Shown piece after piece: positions 18,653-25,912 of a stretch of DNA of 49,282 nt. Made by a program: the position numbers and the translations under genes. Source of the stretch: Calditrichota bacterium (GTDB lineage Bacteria > Zhuqueibacterota > Zhuqueibacteria > Residuimicrobiales > Krinioviventaceae); assembly GCA_013152225.1 (NCBI GenBank), contig JAADGR010000329.1:1-49282 (forward strand), written 5' to 3'. Below the pieces are notes generated by a model. It saw nothing but the letters and a program-made list of their open reading frames with translations, made no database searches and was not told where the DNA came from. How positions within the stretch are numbered: the stretch's first letter is position 1; each line of letters starts with the position of its first letter.

Positions 18653-20593
18653 TTATTCTTCAAGCCTCGAAATAATGGTCAGGTTTTGGTGATTGTAAAT
18701 ATCTTTGCCTTCCGGAGTCAAGAGGTAATCCATACGGCTTTTATAAAAGTCCGCAATGCGACTGCGAACCATTTTTAACGTGCTATTCAAAAAGCGGTTC
18801 TGCTCGGTAAATCCTTCACCCAGCACAGCAATGGCACTCGGTAGCCACTTGGTGGGAAATTGTCCTGCATATTGGCCGCCTTCTTTGAATTGGTCGATTT
18901 GTTCCTGCAATAATTTCATAGCTGCCTTTTGTCCTTCTTCCGAGTGACAGGCAAGCTTGTTTTCATCAAGCCACCTCACCAAAGCTTCGCGATTGGGAAC
19001 AATTAATGCAATCGTGTACGGCGATTGATTGTTGTAGAGCATCACTTGATTAATGTAATTTGAATGAGATACAATTGCTTCCTCAATTCCTTCCGGGCTG
19101 TATTTTTCACCATCACTGCTGATGAGCAAGCTCTTTTCCCGGCCAAGCACATACAGAAACCGGTCTTTATCCAGGTAACCAATGTCTCCGGTGTAAAGCC
19201 AACCATCCCGGATCGTCTCACGGGTAGCCTTGTCATTTTTCCAATATCCGGCCATCACATTCTCGCCTTGAACTACAATTTCACCCTTTTCACCAACAGG
19301 AACTTCGTTGCCGTTCTCATCACAAATTTTTAATTCCAGATTTTCTACCAAAGTACCGGAAGACCCTAATTTATGTCTTTTGGGTACATTAGCCGAAATA
19401 ATCGGAGATGCTTCAGTTAACCCATATCCCTGGAACATTGGAATTCCGATAGCATAAAAAAACCGCTGCAATTCAATATCAAGCAGCGCACCGCCGCCGA
19501 TAAAAAATTCCAGTCGGCCGCCAAAGCCCTCGCGGATTTTGCTGAAAAGAATTTTATCAAAAAGCAATAAAAGCGGTTTTCTTAAAAATCGTAATCCTTT
19601 CCCCCTGCTCCAGCCATCGGCGTTATAGGCATACGCGTTTTTAAGAGCGCGTTGAAAGAGCTTTTCAACCTTGGGGCCTTTTTGCCGAATACCCTTTTCG
19701 ATATTTTTACGAAAATTCTGCGCCAGAGCCGGTACACTCAAAAGAAATGTCGGCTTTGTCTCTTTAATGTTGATGGGAATATTTTTCAAGGTTTCCATGG
19801 GAGTTTTCCCAACCTTCACCGAGGCCATGCTCGCACCATTCATCAAAAGCGTATAGATTCCGGCAGTATGAGCAAACGAGTGATCCCAGGGCAGGATCAA
19901 GAGTGACGAGTACCATTCGGGAATGGGAAGGACAGACGAGGCTTGTTCAACATTAGCCGTATAGTTTCTGTGAGTGAGAATAATCCCTTTGGGATCAGCC
20001 GTCGTACCCGAAGTATAGCAAATATTTGCGGCATCATTTTCTTTTACTGATTTGTAAATTTCTTCAAACTTTTCTTTGTTTGATTCTAAAAATTGATTAC
20101 CTTTTTTGTAGAGTTCATCCACTGTGATGACATCCTCATCCAGACCATCCTGAGGATCGAGGAGAATAATTTTTTCCAGATCAGGTAAATCTCTTTTAAT
20201 CTCTGAAACTTTGTGGAACTGTGTCCCCGAAACAATAACCATTTTGCAGCCGGAATGGGAAAGTCTGAATTTCAGTTCGGATAATTCCTCCAGCTTCACC
20301 GACAGCGGGACATTGATTGCGCCGGTGTAAAGAATTCCAAGTTCTGAAATGAGCCAGGCATTTCTACCTTCAGAAATAAGCGCAATACGATCTCCTTTCT
20401 GAATGCCCATGCTCATCAGCCCGGCGGCGAATCGATGAACATAATTTCGTATTTCTTTATATGTTGTACCCTCGAATTTCTCATTCTGTTTTTCGTACAT
20501 GAGGACATTGTCAGCATATTTTACTGCACTTGTTTCGAGCATCTGGATCATGGTTCTTTCTGCCACAGTTTTCTCCTTGCATTTTACGAACAA
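18653..20593 (-). CDS. fadD: long-chain fatty-acid--CoA ligase (AMP-forming)
   Basis: 646 aa with the AMP-binding motifs ICYTSGTTADPKGIILTHRN, GYGLTE and YTGDIGYLD. Confidence 0.85.
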   Translation of the reverse strand: MFVKCKEKTVAERTMIQMLETSAVKYADNVLMYEKQNEKFEGTTYKEIRNYVHRFAAGLMSMGIQKGDRIALISEGRNAWLISELGILYTGAINVPLSVKLEELSELKFRLSHSGCKMVIVSGTQFHKVSEIKRDLPDLEKIILLDPQDGLDEDVITVDELYKKGNQFLESNKEKFEEIYKSVKENDAANICYTSGTTADPKGIILTHRNYTANVEQASSVLPIPEWYSSLLILPWDHSFAHTAGIYTLLMNGASMASVKVGKTPMETLKNIPINIKETKPTFLLSVPALAQNFRKNIEKGIRQKGPKVEKLFQRALKNAYAYNADGWSRGKGLRFLRKPLLLLFDKILFSKIREGFGGRLEFFIGGGALLDIELQRFFYAIGIPMFQGYGLTEASPIISANVPKRHKLGSSGTLVENLELKICDENGNEVPVGEKGEIVVQGENVMAGYWKNDKATRETIRDGWLYTGDIGYLDKDRFLYVLGREKSLLISSDGEKYSPEGIEEAIVSHSNYINQVMLYNNQSPYTIALIVPNREALVRWLDENKLACHSEEGQKAAMKLLQEQIDQFKEGGQYAGQFPTKWLPSAIAVLGEGFTEQNRFLNSTLKMVRSRIADFYKSRMDYLLTPEGKDIYNHQNLTIISRLEE

Positions 20594-20725
20594 TTTAGGT
20601 TAATTTTTCAAGTCTTTTGAAACGATACCTGGATAGTATATTATGAAATCAATTCAGCAATTCAAAAAGCATATTAAGAATTATGCTAAAAGTCAAGGAC
20701 ATTTTGACAAGAGTGAGATTTAAAA

Positions 20726-22537
20726 TTGACCAGAAATATTCCGGCTGAAAGCATAGAACAAGTCCGACTTGCAAGCGATATCGTTGACGTTGTATCCGGT
20801 TATTTAACCTTGCAGAAAAGAGGGCGTAATTACTTCGGCCTGTGCCCGTTTCACCAGGAAAAGACGCCATCCTTTAGTGTAAATCCTGAGATGCAGATTT
20901 TTCATTGTTTTGGCTGTGGCGCCGGCGGCAATGTATTCACATTTATTATGAAAATGGAAGGCGTTACATTTCCCGAAGCCGTAAAACTTTTGGCCCAAGC
21001 AGCCGGCATAGTTTTACCGGAAGATAGTGAGGATATCGATCAGTATCGGGAAAAGGAAGCGCTTTTTTATGTCAACAAGCTTGCAAATGAATTCTTTCTG
21101 CATAACTTACAAAAAGCAAAAGAGGCTCAGGAAGCCCGCGATTATTTGCAGAACAGAGGGATTCTTTCCCAAATGTATGCACAATTTGATCTGGGCTACG
21201 CCTTGAACAGATGGGATGGGCTGCTTAATCACGCCAAAACAAAATCCATCAAACCGGAGATATTGTTAAAAGCCGGACTTGTCATTCAAAAAGAGGCAAG
21301 TCGATATTATGATCGTTTCCGCGGCAGAATTACTTTTTCAATTCGCAATTTAAGCAACCAAATTATTGGTTTTGGCGCGCGGAGACTCGCTGATGATGAT
21401 TCACCGAAATACATCAATACGCCGGAAACGGAAATTTACCAAAAAAGATTTATTTTATATGGTTTGCATACAGCGCGTGAATCCATCCGCCGGGAAAATA
21501 AAATCATCATTGTCGAAGGTTACACAGACTTTATTAGTCTGAATAATGCAGGAATTAAAAATGTCATCGCCACATCAGGCACTGCCCTGACGGAAGAGCA
21601 TGCGCGACTCATGCGTAGATATACTTCAAACGCTATTGTAATGTATGACAGCGATTCTGCCGGCGCTGCGGCTGCGATGCGTGGAGCGGATATCCTTTTG
21701 GAAAATGGATTCGAAATTAAAATATGCACTTTACCAAATGGACAGGACCCGGATGAATTTGTTCGTACCCATAGCGAGGTGCAAGTGAAGGAAATCCTTG
21801 AGGCGGCAGCACCTCTCATCGATCACAAACTTCAAGTTTTGCAAAAAGATGATTTGTTGCAAACAGTTAATCAACGTACTTCCGCAACACGGGAATTGCT
21901 CGCTTCCATCGCAAAGATCGGTGATCAAATCCAGCGTGCTTATCTGGTTCGGGACCTGGCAAAAAAATTGCATATCGAAGAATCGGCTCTTTGGAATGAG
22001 CTTGAAAAACAAAGCAAGAAAACACGGTTTACGCCAAAAACAGACGCAGCACCTCGGGACAGCACAATTTCAGCAAACAAGTTTTTCCAATCCAAAAAGG
22101 GTGCCGCTGAATTGGCACTTTTGGAAATGGCCGTACTCGATCCCGATTTGATTCCCCGGATTTTGCAAAACGTTCATCACGATGATTTTTCACATCCGGA
22201 AATTCGCAGGTTTTTCCAACTTGTCGATTCTTCCGAATTTGATCCGCTCTCCTTCTCACCGGAAAATTATATTGCCACGATTCAGGACGCCTCCATCGCC
22301 TCTCATCTTTCCGACTCGTTCTCGGAAAAATCTTTTGCCTCATTTTCATGGAAATATGCTTCCGATTGCATTATATCCTTGCAACTCGTCCAAATTGATG
22401 AAGAAATTGAACGGATACGCGAAGAAATTCGACAACAAAATAAACAATCAAAAAACACTTCATCACTCGTTCATCAATTTCAGCAACTGCTCGAACAAAA
22501 AAAGTTAGTTTCCAAAGGTGAGTTTATTATATCATAA
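20726..22537 (+). CDS. dnaG: DNA primase
   Basis: 603 aa with a TTG start. It has the zinc ribbon CPFHQEKTPSFSV...FHCFGCGAGG, a TOPRIM region IIVEGYTDFISL...MYDSDSAG, and a C-terminal helical domain. Confidence 0.9.
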   Translation: MTRNIPAESIEQVRLASDIVDVVSGYLTLQKRGRNYFGLCPFHQEKTPSFSVNPEMQIFHCFGCGAGGNVFTFIMKMEGVTFPEAVKLLAQAAGIVLPEDSEDIDQYREKEALFYVNKLANEFFLHNLQKAKEAQEARDYLQNRGILSQMYAQFDLGYALNRWDGLLNHAKTKSIKPEILLKAGLVIQKEASRYYDRFRGRITFSIRNLSNQIIGFGARRLADDDSPKYINTPETEIYQKRFILYGLHTARESIRRENKIIIVEGYTDFISLNNAGIKNVIATSGTALTEEHARLMRRYTSNAIVMYDSDSAGAAAAMRGADILLENGFEIKICTLPNGQDPDEFVRTHSEVQVKEILEAAAPLIDHKLQVLQKDDLLQTVNQRTSATRELLASIAKIGDQIQRAYLVRDLAKKLHIEESALWNELEKQSKKTRFTPKTDAAPRDSTISANKFFQSKKGAAELALLEMAVLDPDLIPRILQNVHHDDFSHPEIRRFFQLVDSSEFDPLSFSPENYIATIQDASIASHLSDSFSEKSFASFSWKYASDCIISLQLVQIDEEIERIREEIRQQNKQSKNTSSLVHQFQQLLEQKKLVSKGEFIIS

Positions 22538-22583
22538 AGTACTTTTTAAAACGCACTTTTTTACGATTAAAAGGTCATAATTG

Positions 22584-22612
22584 TTGACATTTCAAAATTA
22601 ATTCAATATATT
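22584..22612 (+). promoter_or_regulatory. sigma70-type promoter candidate for the repeat-protein gene
   Basis: TTGACA (22584-22589), a 17-nt spacer, then TATATT (22607-22612). This predicts a leader of roughly 205 nt. Confidence 0.45.
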
Positions 22613-22826
22613 AAGAAAATAATTCACAGCAACTACAACAAGAACAGGATTCAGCACCCAAAAACTAGCACAGGGAGGTTGAAGGGAAAGCTCACAACAC
22701 ACAATTTCAGGCATCAAGATGTATCTGCTAATGTGCTAATAAATTATTTTCTAATTTAAAAGCACGTAAATACCCTACGTCGAACAAAGATCATGTCAGT
22801 TCATATTCTATGAAAGGAGAATTGAC

Positions 22827-23498
22827 ATGAAGAAAGCATTTTCATTTATCGCAGTAGGGATTACTTACATTTGTATCGCATTTGGTTTTTCGTGGGCTGA
22901 TAATGCTGGTTTGTTAGATTCTGCACTTGGTTTTATTGGATTAACCAACAATAACAATGCAGCAAAGTTCTTTGAAAGTAATAATGAAGGGTGGTCGGCA
23001 AGCGGCGTGGCGCTGAGGGCTGAATCAGTTTTTCCATATCAAAAAGTAATTTCTTCCTCTGAAATTATAACTCCAACAACTGTTTTAAATACGGAAAAGG
23101 GTGAGGATCAGTTACTTTGTAACATTCCGGTTCCACCGCCACCGTATCCGGAACCTGACGCTCAACCGGATGTCAGAAATAGCTTGGCCAATATTCCGGT
23201 ACCACCTCCGCCGTACCCGGAACCTGACGCTCAACCGAATGTCAGAAACAGCTTGGCTAATATTCCGGTACCACCTCCGCCGTACCCGGAACCTGGAGCA
23301 CCACCGGATGTCAGAAACAGCTTGGCCAATATTCCGGTACCACCTCCGCCGTACCCGGAACCTGGAGCACCACCGGATGTCAGAAACAGCCTGACCAATA
23401 TTCCGGTACCGCCTCCACCGTACCCGGAACCAGGAGCACCACCGGATGTCAGAAATAGCTTGGCCAATATTCCGGTACCATTGCCTTCATTATCGTAA
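22827..23498 (+). CDS. secreted proline-rich tandem-repeat protein
   Basis: 223 aa. AAAGGAG lies 7 nt before the ATG, and the signal peptide is FIAVGITYICIAFGFSWA. The C-terminal half is 5.3 copies of NIPVPPPPYPEP[DG]A[QP]P[DN]VRNSL[AT]. Confidence 0.7.
   Translation: MKKAFSFIAVGITYICIAFGFSWADNAGLLDSALGFIGLTNNNNAAKFFESNNEGWSASGVALRAESVFPYQKVISSSEIITPTTVLNTEKGEDQLLCNIPVPPPPYPEPDAQPDVRNSLANIPVPPPPYPEPDAQPNVRNSLANIPVPPPPYPEPGAPPDVRNSLANIPVPPPPYPEPGAPPDVRNSLTNIPVPPPPYPEPGAPPDVRNSLANIPVPLPSLS
23121..23489 (+). repeat. 69-nt (23-codon) tandem repeat, 5 full copies plus a partial sixth
   Basis: Copies start at 23121, 23190, 23259, 23328, 23397 and 23466 (partial). Copies 2-5 differ by only a few substitutions. 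Confidence 0.95.
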
Positions 23499-23616
23499 TG
23501 CAGTTTTGCGCTAATATTTGCGTAAAAGATAAAATAATAGTAGCTTTTTTACTTATTTTTCACTATATTTAGTCAAATAGAAATAATTGTTGACGTGATC
23601 TTTGGTTCGAACTGGT

Positions 23617-24465
23617 ATGACAAAAAGCAGATACGAAAAGGCACATTGGGGTACAATATTGAATGCGTGGTTTGCATTTAATGTGTTGATGGTATTTTTG
23701 TCTCGATTTCCCCATATTCCGATGCCCCTGATGAGTTGGATTAATCTATCTCTTTATTTTCTCGCATTTTTGATTACTTTCTTTTTAGTTAAAGAAGATC
23801 AGTTTAATCGGGATATTTATTTGCCTTTTTGTATTCTATTCCTAATTAACAGTTCTATCTTACTTTACATATTTATCGGTGATAATTATCTTATTGGTAA
23901 TAACGAGATTGGATGGTCTATTTATAAACATACTAAGTTAATTTTGGCTTTCTTCTTTGTTTATAGTATCGTTTATTATTCAGCTAAGCATTCTCTTCGT
24001 CCCCAAAATCCATTTCTTCTAATTACGGCAACTATTGCGCTGGTTACTGCAATTTTTATTTTTCACTTTAAAGATTTCCTTTTTGACCCATCATCTTTCT
24101 ATGACAAAAGCTTAGATCGTAAGCTGTTTTTATTTCACTTGTTTCCACCTGTTGCAATCGTTCTCTACGGTTTATTATCTCCACTCTTCAAGCCAAAATA
24201 CGGCATATACTATCATTCTATCATGGTCGTCCTGTTATTCCTCAGTGCACGACAGATATTCATAGATTTGGTAAAATTAAAAAATATTTCCATTTTCGGA
24301 ATTGACCAAATATTTTTGACCATTGCTCTGTTATTTTTGCTCTATTTTTTAGCTCAAAAGCTTAATTTTATTTCTACTCTTACCGGACAAATTTCAAATT
24401 TATTCTCAAATTATGTACGATTCATTGCATATTCCAAATTTAAAATTAGAAACCAGAGATCATAA
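23617..24465 (+). CDS. polytopic (about 8 TM) membrane protein, hypothetical, very AT-rich
   Basis: Hydrophobic segments continue throughout and no recognisable soluble domain is present. The ORF opens at TTG 23602 and the first ATG is at 23617, so the start is uncertain. Confidence 0.6.
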   Translation: MTKSRYEKAHWGTILNAWFAFNVLMVFLSRFPHIPMPLMSWINLSLYFLAFLITFFLVKEDQFNRDIYLPFCILFLINSSILLYIFIGDNYLIGNNEIGWSIYKHTKLILAFFFVYSIVYYSAKHSLRPQNPFLLITATIALVTAIFIFHFKDFLFDPSSFYDKSLDRKLFLFHLFPPVAIVLYGLLSPLFKPKYGIYYHSIMVVLLFLSARQIFIDLVKLKNISIFGIDQIFLTIALLFLLYFLAQKLNFISTLTGQISNLFSNYVRFIAYSKFKIRNQRS

Positions 24466-24712
24466 GGAGTTTGAACATATTGCCACATTGATAAACTACT
24501 TTTATATTAAGAAATTAATGATCATTCCGTTTTTTATTGCCATTGTTTATTTGATAATTTATCTAAGGCCTCCAGCTATTGTGAGTTTGAACTTAATCTC
24601 ATTAGCTGCGGTTATCTTTCTGGTATTGATTTTCTTCACGACAACATATAATCGCAAATTAAGGAGCGGCGGATTTTATATTTCGCCAAAAACCAAACAT
24701 AACAAAACTTAG
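24413..24712 (+). CDS. small membrane protein (2 TM), hypothetical; start uncertain
   Basis: TM helices are MIIPFFIAIVYLIIYL and LISLAAVIFLVLIFF. TAAGGAG at 24463-24469 overlaps the stop of the upstream gene, but the only in-frame starts after it are ATT 24479 and ATG 24518. A frame break from the upstream gene cannot be excluded. Confidence 0.4.
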   Translation: MYDSLHIPNLKLETRDHKEFEHIATLINYFYIKKLMIIPFFIAIVYLIIYLRPPAIVSLNLISLAAVIFLVLIFFTTTYNRKLRSGGFYISPKTKHNKT

Positions 24713-24722
24713 AGAGAGTTAA

Positions 24723-25649
24723 ATGAAACAATCTCAGAGACGTGGACTCGTTTTGGCAGGGAAAAGTCCAGAGATTACACGCGTTCGGAAAGCCGTCAAA
24801 GTGTTCTCGAAGGAACAGGGAAATATTCTTATTTTGGGAGAGATTGGTACAGGACGCAGGTCTCTGGCAGAGAAGTTACATGCCTCAGGCAAATCCAAGG
24901 ACAAGCCTTTTAGTGTGATCGAATGCGGTGCTATCGGAGATACTCTCGATGTTGATTCCGTATTCCCAAACCCAAACAACGGACATGATTCAAAGGAGGT
25001 AATGCTCTTTTCTGCCGGCAAAGGCACTATCTTTTTGAACGGTGTCGACAGATTAAATCCTGACTTGCAAGACAGATTGTACAATTTTCTTGCTACAATT
25101 CCCAAAGACAGTACATTTAATTCCAGAATTGTTGCAGTTGCAGAGCCTTCTCTCGAAAAGAAAGTTCGCGACCACAAATTCCGAGTCGACCTTTTCCATA
25201 AACTGGATGAGTTCCGTATCAATCTTCCGGCAATACGCGAACGCAAGCAGGATATTCCTTTCATTTTTACCTACTTTTTGGAAACATTCTGCGAAGAATT
25301 CGGAAAGCCGATTCCCACGGTTCCTTTTGATGTTTTTGAAGCCATATTAGAGTATGATTGGCCCGGAAACATTGGCGAGCTGCGCAATTGCGTGCGCAAT
25401 CTGGTCATCATGTCCCCGGATGGAGAACTGGTGCCGGACTATCTTCCGTTCAGAGTGCAGCCGAATCCTTTGGAGGCACTGGCCTCTCGCGATCTTCCAT
25501 CAGCCGTTTCGGAAGTCGAACGATTTCTCATTCGTAAAGCTCTGGCCCGATTTGAAGGAAATCAATCCAAAGCCGCGCGTCTTTTACGGGTATCAGAAGC
25601 CGCATTGCGATACAAAATGAAGAAATACGGTCTCCCTTCTTTTAAGTAA
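24723..25649 (+). CDS. receiver-less sigma54-activator-like (bEBP/PspF-type) AAA+ plus Fis-HTH regulator with degenerate ATPase motifs and no GAFTGA-like loop
   Basis: The fold landmarks are conserved: ILILGEIGTGRRSLAEKLH, GTIFLNGVDRL...LQDRLYNFL, FRVDLFHKL, LPAIRERKQDIPF, YDWPGNIGELRN, and the C-terminal HTH SKAARLLRVSEAALRYKMKKYGL. However, the Walker A Lys is Arg (codon 24855-24857), Walker B DE is NG (25038-25043), and no GAFTGA-like sequence is present. Confidence 0.8.
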   Translation: MKQSQRRGLVLAGKSPEITRVRKAVKVFSKEQGNILILGEIGTGRRSLAEKLHASGKSKDKPFSVIECGAIGDTLDVDSVFPNPNNGHDSKEVMLFSAGKGTIFLNGVDRLNPDLQDRLYNFLATIPKDSTFNSRIVAVAEPSLEKKVRDHKFRVDLFHKLDEFRINLPAIRERKQDIPFIFTYFLETFCEEFGKPIPTVPFDVFEAILEYDWPGNIGELRNCVRNLVIMSPDGELVPDYLPFRVQPNPLEALASRDLPSAVSEVERFLIRKALARFEGNQSKAARLLRVSEAALRYKMKKYGLPSFK

Positions 25650-25664
25650 ATCTTCCTCCCTATA

Positions 25665-25697
25665 CATAAAATCCCCGAAATGGGGATTTTATGTTTT
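25665..25697 (+). terminator. strong rho-independent terminator after the regulator gene
   Basis: A perfect 12-bp stem, cataaaatcccc (25665-25676) with ggggattttatg (25682-25693), a gaaat loop, then tttt. Confidence 0.75.
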
Positions 25698-25797
25698 CGG
25701 GAAAAACATCTCATTGTTCCAATTGTGAGCATGAGTTACTTTGTATTTATCCTTCGTGCCTTTCTACCCTACTTTATAATCAATGAATTAAAATTAC

Positions 25798-25831
25798 TTG
25801 ACATTGTGTCATCATATAAATATTATATGAT
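25798..25831 (+). promoter_or_regulatory. sigma70-type promoter candidate with an overlapping 9-3-9 palindrome (operator-like)
   Basis: TTGACA (25798-25803), a 17-nt spacer, then TATTAT (25821-25826). ATCATATAA-ata-TTATATGAT (25811-25831) is a perfect inverted repeat spanning the -10 box. Confidence 0.45.
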
Positions 25832-25912
25832 ATATTTCTGTCTTTTCAAAACCAACTCATTTGATTGGTTGAAATAAATCCATCTATATCTCAATTATTT
25901 TCCGGAGTTGAA

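Noticed and set aside
22113-22128. TGGCAC hexamer, considered as a sigma54 -24 element for the bEBP-like regulator
   Set aside because: It lies inside dnaG coding sequence and has no GC dinucleotide at the -12 spacing. By eye, no other TGGCAC-N5-TTGC match was seen in the island intergenic regions.
23101-23467. Alternative-frame ORFs (23101-23394 plus strand; 23231-23467 minus strand) across the tandem repeat, and the possibility that the array is a CRISPR
   Set aside because: The open frames follow trivially from a 69-nt unit without stops being repeated. The units are contiguous with no unique spacers, and they sit in frame within a signal-peptide protein. This is therefore neither a CRISPR array nor extra genes.
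25680-25877. 65-aa ORF between the regulator and the Lon-like gene
   Set aside because: It begins inside the right arm of the 12-bp terminator stem and runs across the predicted promoter and palindrome. It has no SD and is AT-rich with low complexity.
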